Source: Bacteroidales bacterium
GTDB taxonomy: Bacteria; Bacteroidota; Bacteroidia; Bacteroidales; UBA3824
NCBI GenBank assembly: GCA_045597465.1
Contig: JAZLKG010000008.1
Span: 15,859-79,858 of the forward strand
Direction of reading: 5' to 3'
Length of the DNA stretch: 64,000 bases
Both the position numbers and the translations under genes were made by a program. Below are positions 20,116 to 28,413 of the stretch, piece after piece. The notes below the pieces were generated by a model. The model was given only the letters and a program-made list of their open reading frames with translations, was not told where the DNA came from and did not search any database. Within the stretch, counting starts at the first letter, position 1. Each line of letters begins with the position of its first letter.

Positions 20116-20577
20116 TTATTTAAACGTAATTTTTAATTTTGTCTGTTTAATGTCGCAGAAGTTGTAGGATTTTTTCTCAGTCACCTTCACCTTCTTGCCG
20201 TTCTGCCTCTCGGTGTGAGTCTCCTCTATCTCGACGGCTGTGCTGTCGGCTCCCGCAATGGTGCCTTTTATCTTCTCGCCGTCCACCATAAGGATGTCCA
20301 CCTCCTTGCCAATATTCTTGAGATACTGCCGCAGTATCCTGAGTGGCTCTGTAAGCCCCGGGCTGGAAACCTCGAGCTCGAAATCCTCCTGCTCCCTGTC
20401 CAGCTTGGCCTCGATGGCGTGGCTCAGGTCGCCACACTCGTCGATGGTGATTCCCGCGTCGGTATCTGCCTTTATTGTGATCACATTGTCCTTGCTGACC
20501 TTGATGTCCACTACGAAGAACTTCTGCAACTCGGGATCCTGCTCTATTAGCTGCTGTATTGTCTGTGCTGAAATCAT
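20116..20577 (-). CDS. rimP: ribosome maturation factor RimP
   Basis: 153 aa, immediately upstream of nusA. The sequence LEVSSPGL is typical of RimP. Confidence 0.85.
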   Translation of the reverse strand: MISAQTIQQLIEQDPELQKFFVVDIKVSKDNVITIKADTDAGITIDECGDLSHAIEAKLDREQEDFELEVSSPGLTEPLRILRQYLKNIGKEVDILMVDGEKIKGTIAGADSTAVEIEETHTERQNGKKVKVTEKKSYNFCDIKQTKLKITFK

Positions 20578-20594
20578 AATTTTTCACTAACGAA

Positions 20595-20638
20595 ATAGGG
20601 GACAATAGTGTCCCCTATCCTCTTTGGCTGCAAAGTTA
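20595..20638 (-). promoter_or_regulatory. -7 box (TAACTTTG, 20631-20638) plus a 10-bp GC-rich hairpin (20595-20618) in the rimP-nusA-infB leader
   Basis: The reverse complement of caaagtta is taactttg. The hairpin ataggggaca-ctat-tgtcccctat (minus-strand reading) lies between the predicted transcription start and the rimP ATG at 20577. Confidence 0.5.
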
Positions 20639-20725
20639 AATATTATGTTTTAATTGTGCAAAATTATTTGCAATTATTTTTCAGATAATTGATACACAAG
20701 TACAAATTCGGCACCTGACTTGGGC

Positions 20726-21463
20726 TTATCTGAGCTCTATGGTGCCCATCTTCGGCATCAGCCCCATGATGGTCTGCTGCCGCCCCCTCACATACTGCGA
20801 TGGCGCCGCCACCAGGAATCTCCGCGGATTGGGCAGGCATGCGGCTATCAGGGCGCTCTCGGCGGTGGTCAGTTTCTTGGCGCTGTGTCTGAAATATTTC
20901 TGCGACGCCTCCTCGGCCCCATAGACTCCGGGCCCCATCTCTATTACGTTCAGGTATACCTCCATTATGCGCTCCTTGCCCCATATCAGCTCTATGAGGA
21001 TGGTGAAATACGCCTCGTAGGCCTTGCGTATGTAGCTCTGCCAGTGAGGCAGGAAAACGTTTTTGGCGCACTGCTGGCTTATGGTGCTGCCTCCGCGTAT
21101 GGGCTTGCCGTTGTGGTTGTCGCGCCAGGCAGCCTTCATGGATCCAAACGAGAATCCCCAGTGTTTCGGGAAAAGGTTGTCTTCCGAGGATATCACGGCC
21201 CTGGTGAGCGCTGGCGATATCTCCTCGTATGGCACCCATGTCTGATGGGCCACACGGCTGTCGGCCCGCTCGCTGAACTTGCGCTGAAACATGAGCGGCG
21301 TGTACCTTACAGGCACCCACTTGTATACCAGCACGCCAAGTACCGGCAGGCCCAGTATTATTATGGCGGCCCACATAAGGCCCTTCTTTATCATGCGCGC
21401 AATCTTTTTTCCGGAGGCGGGGGCCGATGCGCCTCCGCCGGCTTTGGTTTTCATTTTCTTCAT
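20726..21463 (-). CDS. mtgA: monofunctional biosynthetic peptidoglycan transglycosylase
   Basis: GT51 motifs ISSEDNLFPKHWGF and RGGSTISQQCAKN, with an N-terminal TM anchor. Confidence 0.9.
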   Translation of the reverse strand: MKKMKTKAGGGASAPASGKKIARMIKKGLMWAAIIILGLPVLGVLVYKWVPVRYTPLMFQRKFSERADSRVAHQTWVPYEEISPALTRAVISSEDNLFPKHWGFSFGSMKAAWRDNHNGKPIRGGSTISQQCAKNVFLPHWQSYIRKAYEAYFTILIELIWGKERIMEVYLNVIEMGPGVYGAEEASQKYFRHSAKKLTTAESALIAACLPNPRRFLVAAPSQYVRGRQQTIMGLMPKMGTIELR

Positions 21464-21484
21464 TTTTTTTATCGGTGGTCTGGT

Positions 21485-22462
21485 CTATTTGTACACTGAC
21501 TCGCGGGTCTGCTGTCCGTCTTTCAGCACCTTTATATTATATGTCTTGCCGGTCTTGTTGGTAAGTTTGGTGTCGCGCAGCCATGGGTTCAGCAGTTTCA
21601 GCATCTTGTAGTTTGTGGCCTGCTCCCTGGCGAATGTGTACAAGTCGGTGATTGATGTGTCTACCTGGATGGTACGGGCCTCTATCTCGGGATACAGGTC
21701 ACGCTTGCCCAGCGCGAAGCCGAACTTGGCTGGGTTGCTCATCAGAATCTTGAACGCCAGTATCCTGTACACGTACCTGGCGGTCTCCTGATTGTGGCGA
21801 AGGTCGTAGTAGCTGTCCTGTCCCTGCTGGCTCACCACCCTCTGCATGCCGCTCTGTCCGCAGTTGTAGGCGGCGGCGGCCAGGGTCCAGCTGCCGAATT
21901 TGGCGTATGCCTGCTTCAGGTACTTGCATGCCACTGTGGTGGATTTCTCGAAATTGTAGCGCTCGTCCACCTCGGAGTTCACCTCCAGGCCTCCCTCCTT
22001 GGCGGTGGATTCCAGCAGCTGCCAGAATCCCACTGCCTTGGCCGGCGACACGGCGTTGTCCATGCCGCTCTCGCATACGCACAGGTAGAGGAAGTCCTCT
22101 GGCACGCCGTTTTCCGCCAGTATCTTGCGCATGGGCGGGAAATACCTGCCCGCGCGCTTCAGGTATATTATGGTGCTGGAATGCCAGTACATTATCCTCA
22201 GGAGCTCGCTCTCCAGCGATTCCCTAACGTCGAAATCCTCCAGGGGCACCCTCTCGCCGCAGAATGTCAGGGTCTCGGGGATGTCGGGGAGCTGATAGTA
22301 TGGCGGCGGCGACACCAGGGTGGCGCCATCGTCCTGATATGGCGCCGCGCTGCTGCTGGCCTGCACAAAGAGGCTCACCGAGACAAAGGCCACCACCAGG
22401 AATGTTATCACGTATACCAAGGTCAACAGGGCCTTGCCGATTTTGGGGTTGCTGAAGTTCAT
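21485..22462 (-). CDS. lytic transglycosylase (SLT domain) membrane-anchored protein
   Basis: N-terminal TM helix. SLT motifs CVCESGMDNAVSPAKAVGFWQL and AAYNCG. Confidence 0.85.
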   Translation of the reverse strand: MNFSNPKIGKALLTLVYVITFLVVAFVSVSLFVQASSSAAPYQDDGATLVSPPPYYQLPDIPETLTFCGERVPLEDFDVRESLESELLRIMYWHSSTIIYLKRAGRYFPPMRKILAENGVPEDFLYLCVCESGMDNAVSPAKAVGFWQLLESTAKEGGLEVNSEVDERYNFEKSTTVACKYLKQAYAKFGSWTLAAAAYNCGQSGMQRVVSQQGQDSYYDLRHNQETARYVYRILAFKILMSNPAKFGFALGKRDLYPEIEARTIQVDTSITDLYTFAREQATNYKMLKLLNPWLRDTKLTNKTGKTYNIKVLKDGQQTRESVYK

Positions 22463-22565
22463 AGCTATTCAGTTTGTTTTGATAGTTGGACACAAAAATG
22501 ATAATTTTGGACGAAATATCCAAAGTCAGAGCTTAAAAAACAAAAAAAATGCCTAATTTTGTGGT

Positions 22566-24026
22566 ATGGAAAACAAATTATCTATACTTGCGGCCACGGC
22601 CCTGCTATGCGTGATGTCGTGCCAGGGCATGGCGCCCGACGAGTTCGAGATATCGGTGCAGGCGCCCGACTGCAACAACATGATGCTGAGGCTGTACCGC
22701 GACGGCGGCGACGGCCTTGTGGGAGTGGATTCGGCCAAGGTGGAGATGGGCAAGGCCAGGCTGAAGGGCAAGGCCGGGATGCCGGAGCTGATGTATGTGT
22801 TTGTGGAATCGGCCGACGACTACCTGCCCATCTTCGTGGAGAACGGCCACATAGGAGTGGACCTTAACCTGGCCAAGCCGGCCAAGAGCGTGATATCAGG
22901 ATCGGAATCCAACAAGATTTTCACAGACTTCCTCCAGTCGTATTCTGTATACAACGACAAGGCCGCCGGATACAACCGCATGGCCCGCAATGCCTCCCTC
23001 AACAACGACAGCCTGATGCTTCAGGACCTGGACTCGGCCCACTACGGCATCCAGAACGAGATAGTGTCGTTCCAGAGGGCGTTTGTCCACAAGTACATAA
23101 ACCACCCCATAGCATGCTACATACTGGGGGCACACCTCATGTACAGGCTGGATGCCGGGGAGCTGAGGCTGATAATGGACTCGATACCGGAATGCAACCG
23201 TGGCAACCGCTACTACATGATGGCGCAAGACAGGCTGCGCAAGCATCAGGAATATGAAAACAACCCAAGCCTGGCCGAATATGAGCGGATATCAGGAGTG
23301 CTGAGGCATCAGCCCCGGAATATAAACAGCCTGATACGCAAGGCCGCCGAGATGCTTATGGGCAGGCCCTATGTGGCCGGCACACTGGACAACGGCGCCC
23401 AGGAGACGCTGACCACCAGCCTCCTGGAGTTCGACTGCGTCACTTTCCAGGAGACATGCCTGGCGCTGGCCCGCGACGCAATGGAAGGCGGCATCAGCTA
23501 CGAGAACCTGAGGCGGCACATAGAGAGGCTGCGCTACCGCAACGGACAGAACACGGGATGGGAATCCAGGCTGCACTATTCCACCGACTGGATAGTGAGC
23601 AACACAGCGCAGGGCAACGCCGCCGACATTACGGCAAGCCTGGGAGGACGCATGATGGCTGGCCCCATAAACTTCATGAGCACCCATCCAGGCAGCTACA
23701 GGGCCATGACGGAGCTGCCATCGCTGATAGATTCCATAAGGGCGCGCGAGAGCTTCCTGGAGGAGCACCGCACGCTGTATATCCCCAAGGCAGAGATAGA
23801 CCAGCACGCCGCAATGATACCCACGGGCAGCCTGGTGTTCATAACCACGTCGGTGCCGGGGCTGGACTACATGCACGTGGGCATTGCGCTCAACGAGGGC
23901 GGCATACTGAGGCTGATGCACGCATCGAGCACGCTGAAGAGGGTTGCGACCACCGAGGAGAGCCTCCAGGAGTTTCTCATGAAGGTGGGCAGGGCCACGG
24001 GCATTACGGTGCTGAGGCCGCTGTAA
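22566..24026 (+). CDS. DUF4369 / DUF1460 (N-acetylmuramoyl-L-alanine amidase-like) domain lipoprotein
   Basis: Signal peptide with Cys (LLCVMSC). The C-terminal half contains GRPYVAGTLDNG...LLEFDCVTFQETCLALAR, which is typical of DUF1460. Confidence 0.7.
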   Translation: MENKLSILAATALLCVMSCQGMAPDEFEISVQAPDCNNMMLRLYRDGGDGLVGVDSAKVEMGKARLKGKAGMPELMYVFVESADDYLPIFVENGHIGVDLNLAKPAKSVISGSESNKIFTDFLQSYSVYNDKAAGYNRMARNASLNNDSLMLQDLDSAHYGIQNEIVSFQRAFVHKYINHPIACYILGAHLMYRLDAGELRLIMDSIPECNRGNRYYMMAQDRLRKHQEYENNPSLAEYERISGVLRHQPRNINSLIRKAAEMLMGRPYVAGTLDNGAQETLTTSLLEFDCVTFQETCLALARDAMEGGISYENLRRHIERLRYRNGQNTGWESRLHYSTDWIVSNTAQGNAADITASLGGRMMAGPINFMSTHPGSYRAMTELPSLIDSIRARESFLEEHRTLYIPKAEIDQHAAMIPTGSLVFITTSVPGLDYMHVGIALNEGGILRLMHASSTLKRVATTEESLQEFLMKVGRATGITVLRPL

Positions 24027-24112
24027 TTTTTTTTGTGTTTTTTTGCTTGTTTTCCAACAAAAATTCTTAATTTTGCGCTTGGAAAATTTTAATTATAAAT
24101 ATTATAACAATT

Positions 24113-25105
24113 ATGGTATCATACAAAGAATTAGGCCTTGTTAACACAAGAGAGATGTTCAAGAAGGCTGTAGCTGGTGGCTACGCTATCCCAGCTTTCA
24201 ACTTCAACACAATGGAGCAGATGCAGGCTATCGTAATGGCTGCTGTAGAGACAAAGTCTCCTGTTATCATGCAGGTATCTAAGGGCGCCCGCAACTACGC
24301 CAACGGTACTATCCTCCGCAACCTTGCCAAGGGTGCTGTAGAGTACGCCAAGGAGCTCGGCTGCGAGAATCCTCAGATTGTTCTCCACCTCGACCACGGT
24401 GACAGCTTCGAGCTCTGCAAGGACTGCATCGACAATGGTTTCTCTTCTGTAATGATCGACGGCTCACACCTCCCATACGAGGAGAACGTTGCTCTCGCAA
24501 AGAAGGTTGTTGCCTACGCTCACCAGTTCGACGTAACAGTAGAGGCTGAGCTCGGCGTTCTCGCCGGCGTTGAGGATGAGGTCTCAGCTGCTGAGTCTCA
24601 CTACACAAAGCCTGAGGAGGTTATCGACTTCGCTACACGCACAGGCTGCGACTCACTCGCTATCTCTATCGGTACATCACACGGTGCCCACAAGTTCACA
24701 CCTGCACAGTGCACATTGGTAAACGGCGTTCTCGTTCCACCACCACTCGCATTCGACATCCTCGCCGAGATCGAGGTTAAGCTCCCTGGCTTCCCAATCG
24801 TTCTCCACGGCTCATCTTCAGTTCCAATGGACGAGGTTAACACAATCAACCAGTTTGGTGGCAAGCTCGAGGCTGCAATCGGTATTCCTGAGGAGCAGCT
24901 CCGCAAGGCTTCACAGTCGGCTGTTTGCAAGATCAACATCGACTCTGACTCACGTCTCGCCATGACTGCTGCTATCCGCAAGCACCTTGCTGAGCACCCT
25001 GGCGACTTCGACCCACGTCAGTACCTGAAGCCAGCTCGTGAGAACATGAAGAAGATGTACATCCACAAGATCGTTAACGTTCTCGGTTCTAACGACAAGC
25101 TCTAA
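24113..25105 (+). CDS. fba: class II fructose-1,6-bisphosphate aldolase
   Basis: Motifs IPAFNFNTMEQ, HLDHGDSFE and GTSHGAHKF. ATC/GC3-rich codon usage typical of highly expressed genes in this window. Confidence 0.95.
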   Translation: MVSYKELGLVNTREMFKKAVAGGYAIPAFNFNTMEQMQAIVMAAVETKSPVIMQVSKGARNYANGTILRNLAKGAVEYAKELGCENPQIVLHLDHGDSFELCKDCIDNGFSSVMIDGSHLPYEENVALAKKVVAYAHQFDVTVEAELGVLAGVEDEVSAAESHYTKPEEVIDFATRTGCDSLAISIGTSHGAHKFTPAQCTLVNGVLVPPPLAFDILAEIEVKLPGFPIVLHGSSSVPMDEVNTINQFGGKLEAAIGIPEEQLRKASQSAVCKINIDSDSRLAMTAAIRKHLAEHPGDFDPRQYLKPARENMKKMYIHKIVNVLGSNDKL

Positions 25106-25161
25106 TCGAAAGATTAAAGTTTAAGGCTTAAAGTTGAAAGACTCTAAGCTGATATATATAT

Positions 25162-25210
25162 AATAAGGCGTTTCCTTCTCAATGATCGAAACGCCTTATT
25201 TGTTTTTGTT
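25162..25210 (+). terminator. intrinsic terminator after fba
   Basis: 13-bp stem aataaggcgtttc / gaaacgccttatt followed by tgtttttgtt. Confidence 0.8.
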
Positions 25211-25267
25211 ATTATATTATTCCGTTAATTATTTTCGTGACGTGACAAGGCCGCGTCGTAAGAAAAT

Positions 25268-26587
25268 CTACATATCCTCCAGGCTCAATCCCTTTACATC
25301 AATCTTATAGCCCTTGAACTGATGTGTGGCCTTCAGGAATGCGTCCTTACGGCTTTCCAGAAGTAGGAGGTCAATTTTCTGAGGCTGACGCTTCACCTCG
25401 CAGAATATGGCGGTCTCTGTCAGCTCGTCGGCGGCTATAATGTCGATCTCCACGTCACCCTTACGGTTCCACCAGCCTCCTATGCGGGTATAGTCACCAG
25501 ACTCCATAAACTTATCGCGGAAATATTTCTCAAGCGCAAGGCCGCTGAAAACCGCATAGTCACGCTCCATTATCTGACGCAGTTTTTCGTATGCGCCTAT
25601 CTCCAGCATGTAATCATACTTATAGACAAACCTGAACCAGAACACAAAGAAATTATCGTTGAGAATATATTTCATATTGTTGCCCGTAGGCTTGTCGAAG
25701 AGAGGGATATTCTTGCGCACCAGACCAAAATCGGAATCCAGCTTGGTAAGGTAACCTCCCACCTCCTTGCCGACAAACTCCTCTATCTTTGCGCGGGTGT
25801 TGTGTCCCGACGCAATGGCCGACAATATGGAGAAATACGTTCCATAATCCTTTCCAAACTCTTCTATCAATGTTATCTTGCCCTCGTTGATAAATACTGA
25901 ATCACGCTGACAGATATCCCTGAGCATATCATCCAACGCAAATACCTTGTTGTCGACAAAATGCTCCACGTATTTGGCCACGCCTCCCGTAAAAGCATAA
26001 AGAGCAAGCAAATCGTCGTTGCTGTAGCCGGGATGATATTCCGAAAGAATCTCCTTGAGCACCGACGGAGCAAAGGGCTTTACACTTATCTCCTGAGTCT
26101 GACGCCCAAACAGAGGCTCCTTCTCATTGCGGAAGATATTGTTCATCATAGAGTTTACTGAGCCACAAACAATAAGATTTATCCTGGAATCATTCTTGTT
26201 GATATCCCATATCCTCTGCATCTCGCTGAAAACAGACTTGTTGACACGGGTGAAATCCTGAAACTCGTCTATAAACAATGTAAGCGGTCTGTTTTTGGAA
26301 TACTGCATTATCTGATCGAAAACCTGCGAGAAACTTGTGGCACGTCCAAACGAGATTACACCAAGCTTGTGTTGAATCTCGCCCAAGAAATCATCGCACA
26401 ATTCGGCCTCGGCCTTGCGCGACACAAAGAAATAAAGGATATCCTCATTCTCAAAGGCCTTGAGAATAAGTGATGTCTTTCCAATGCGGCGACGCCCCGT
26501 CACTATGGTAAACTGAGCAGTCTCCAATGATTTCTGCCTGATATCCAGCAGTTTGCCAATCTCGTATGTTCTATCAAAAAATCTCAT
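25268..26587 (-). CDS. AAA-type ATP-binding protein (PF01637-like ATPase with a DUF234/PD-(D/E)xK-like C-terminus)
   Basis: Walker A GRRRIGKTSL and Walker B LFIDEFQ. C-terminal DVEIDIIA...FCEVKRQ. Start trimmed to MRFFDRTYE (26587). Confidence 0.8.
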   Translation of the reverse strand: MRFFDRTYEIGKLLDIRQKSLETAQFTIVTGRRRIGKTSLILKAFENEDILYFFVSRKAEAELCDDFLGEIQHKLGVISFGRATSFSQVFDQIMQYSKNRPLTLFIDEFQDFTRVNKSVFSEMQRIWDINKNDSRINLIVCGSVNSMMNNIFRNEKEPLFGRQTQEISVKPFAPSVLKEILSEYHPGYSNDDLLALYAFTGGVAKYVEHFVDNKVFALDDMLRDICQRDSVFINEGKITLIEEFGKDYGTYFSILSAIASGHNTRAKIEEFVGKEVGGYLTKLDSDFGLVRKNIPLFDKPTGNNMKYILNDNFFVFWFRFVYKYDYMLEIGAYEKLRQIMERDYAVFSGLALEKYFRDKFMESGDYTRIGGWWNRKGDVEIDIIAADELTETAIFCEVKRQPQKIDLLLLESRKDAFLKATHQFKGYKIDVKGLSLEDM

Positions 26588-26602
26588 AGCAATATATATA
26601 AA

Positions 26603-26647
26603 CAGAGTCCGAAACAGCCGTTTCCGAAACAGCCATTTCGGACTCTG
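26603..26647 (-). repeat. perfect 12-bp inverted repeat (cagagtccgaaa / tttcggactctg) with a 21-nt loop carrying a tandem CCGAAACAGCC repeat
   Basis: Read directly from the sequence. It lies between a TATATTTG -7 box (reverse complement of 26648-26655) and the ATPase ATG (26587), so it should form the 5' end of that mRNA. Confidence 0.8.
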
Positions 26648-26752
26648 CAAATATAGATTATAATAATTGATATTGCAAGAGATTGGAAAAGTATTTTTTA
26701 TCCCTCCAGCGCAAATTTCCAATAGGGCACAAACCTTATCCTATGGCCATTT

Positions 26753-26838
26753 ACATAAAACAGCCATATTTTTATGCATCACGATACATAAAACCACATC
26801 ATTTTTATGTATTGCGATGCATAAAACCATATCAAAAG
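26753..26838. repeat. 2.6 tandem copies of a 33-nt unit, each containing the inverted repeat CATAAAA-N9-TTTTATG
   Basis: Units at 26753-26785 and 26786-26818, plus a partial unit from 26819. Located in the 384-nt divergent region between the ATPase and LRR lipoprotein genes. Confidence 0.8.
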
Positions 26839-26906
26839 TCCGAAACGGATAGGATAATTACAGGTCGTTTTTATCCCCCAATATTAATTATTCAACAAAT
26901 TTTATC

Positions 26907-26959
26907 AAAAATTTTGCCTTGTCATTTTTTTTTGAATTTTGCAAACAAATATTAACTAT
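26907..26959 (+). promoter_or_regulatory. conserved upstream block shared with the second LRR lipoprotein gene (AAAAATTTTGCCTTGT ... AATTTTGCA ... ATTAACTAT)
   Basis: The same three motifs occur in the same order at 29900-29958, upstream of the paralogous-architecture gene. Confidence 0.55.
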
Positions 26960-26971
26960 TAATTCCAAATT

Positions 26972-28309
26972 ATGAAGAAAACCTTTTTTTATTCTATTGC
27001 CATAGCCTCGACTCTGGCATTAGGTTTCTCGTCGTGCTCTGATGACGACGACAATACCCCTCAGAAACAGGAGCAGGAACAGAATCAGAACACCCAGAAT
27101 CCTTCTGGCGAAAATCAGAATCCTTCCGGAGAGAATCAGAATCCTTCCGGAGAGAACACAACTCCGGAGGTTGTTTTGGTATCGGAACTCAACTGCACAG
27201 TTTCGGAGTTTGAAACCAAGTATCAGACCTTGAAAAAAGACGAACCAGTCTCTGTAACTCTTACAGATGTTAGCAACTCAAATATTTCCAAGGTATCTGC
27301 TGTACTTAAAAAGATGTCGGGAACTTCGTTGCAGAAGGCAGCCGAGGAGTCCAAGTACATCGTAGCTCTGGTTTTGGAATCCAAGGACAACAGCCTTACC
27401 GCCATTCCAGCTGAGGCTTTCAAGGGTTGCGCAGTATTGAAGGCAATCGAGATTCCCGAGAGTGTAACAGAGATTCTTGCTGATGCTTTTGCGGGTTGCG
27501 CGAGCTTGGAGACTGTGAAACTTCCTGAGAACGTAGAAATCACAGAAGGTGCTTTTGAAGGCAGCATTTGGCAGCCTGAAAAGAAAGAAGTGGCTGCATT
27601 CCCCGCACCTGAGTATATCAATTTGAAATCTGTTGACTATGCCACTTGGACAACATACGAGTTTACCAACAAAGGACTATTCAAGACATGGCAAGCCACT
27701 AAAGGTGAAGGAGTTAGTAAATATCTTGATTTTGTTTGGGACGGCAATAATCTATTGCTCGACGAAGAAGTTAAAGACAACTACTACAGTGGATTCAAAT
27801 TTGATTTGAATAATAATGGACTAATCACCAAAATCATTCAAACAGAAATAGACGAAGATGAGAAAAATGTTTATGAATGGACTTTGGAATATAATTCCAA
27901 CAGTCAATTAGTTCATGCGGCAATGACATCAACAGAAGTTGATTATTATTCAGAATGGACTTATACCTATTCTGAAGATGGCAAGTTGATGGAATGTAAA
28001 AACACATACAATCATGGCTATGGTAAGACTGTAGAAATATACAAATATACATACGAACAGGAGATTATGAATGTTCATGGTCAGTATTGGTTGGATATAC
28101 CTACTCCACTTGATTATACTATCAATGAATTTGATGTATTTTCTTTGGTAGGTTATTTCGGAAAGGCATCTAGCCAATTCCCTACTGGATACGTTAAAGG
28201 AGAAGGAGAGAATGGTTATCAAAGAACATTATCGTTTGAAATCAACGCTGATGGATACATAGTATCTGAAATAACTGGTAGAAATTACACTGTAAAATAC
28301 AATTACTGA
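26972..28309 (+). CDS. surface lipoprotein with a BspA-type leucine-rich repeat region and a YD-like C-terminal domain
   Basis: Lipobox LALGFSSC followed by acidic SDDDDN. Low-complexity linker containing a 3x NPSGENQ repeat. LRR-like IPAEAFKGCAVLKAIEIPESVTEILADAFAGCASLETVKLPENV. Confidence 0.75.
   Translation: MKKTFFYSIAIASTLALGFSSCSDDDDNTPQKQEQEQNQNTQNPSGENQNPSGENQNPSGENTTPEVVLVSELNCTVSEFETKYQTLKKDEPVSVTLTDVSNSNISKVSAVLKKMSGTSLQKAAEESKYIVALVLESKDNSLTAIPAEAFKGCAVLKAIEIPESVTEILADAFAGCASLETVKLPENVEITEGAFEGSIWQPEKKEVAAFPAPEYINLKSVDYATWTTYEFTNKGLFKTWQATKGEGVSKYLDFVWDGNNLLLDEEVKDNYYSGFKFDLNNNGLITKIIQTEIDEDEKNVYEWTLEYNSNSQLVHAAMTSTEVDYYSEWTYTYSEDGKLMECKNTYNHGYGKTVEIYKYTYEQEIMNVHGQYWLDIPTPLDYTINEFDVFSLVGYFGKASSQFPTGYVKGEGENGYQRTLSFEINADGYIVSEITGRNYTVKYNY
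27095..27157 (+). repeat. 3 x 21-nt in-frame tandem repeat (cagaatccttccggagagaat) encoding (Q)NPSGEN
   Basis: Units at 27095-27115, 27116-27136 and 27137-27157, differing at 1-3 positions. Confidence 0.9.
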
Positions 28310-28328
28310 GAAACAACATTTCAGACTC

Positions 28329-28380
28329 AAATCCCCGAACTTTAAGGCAAATGCATCGCCCAAAGTTCGGGGATTTTTGT
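28329..28380. terminator. bidirectional intrinsic terminator between convergent genes
   Basis: 15-bp stem aaatccccgaacttt / aaagttcggggattt, flanked by A- and T-runs. Confidence 0.8.
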
Positions 28381-28413
28381 ATTACTGGATTCCTGACTAT
28401 GATGATATTGGAT

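Noticed and set aside
26753-26838. Possible miniature CRISPR array formed by the 33-nt repeats.
   Set aside because: The units abut each other with no unique spacers, there are only 2.6 copies, and no cas genes occur in the window.
26667-26955. ORFs of 61 and 90 aa in the ATPase/LRR intergenic region.
   Set aside because: They run straight through the 33-nt tandem hairpin repeats and promoter motifs. Their sequence is repeat-derived (for example YIKPHHFYVLRCIKPY), so coding is unlikely.
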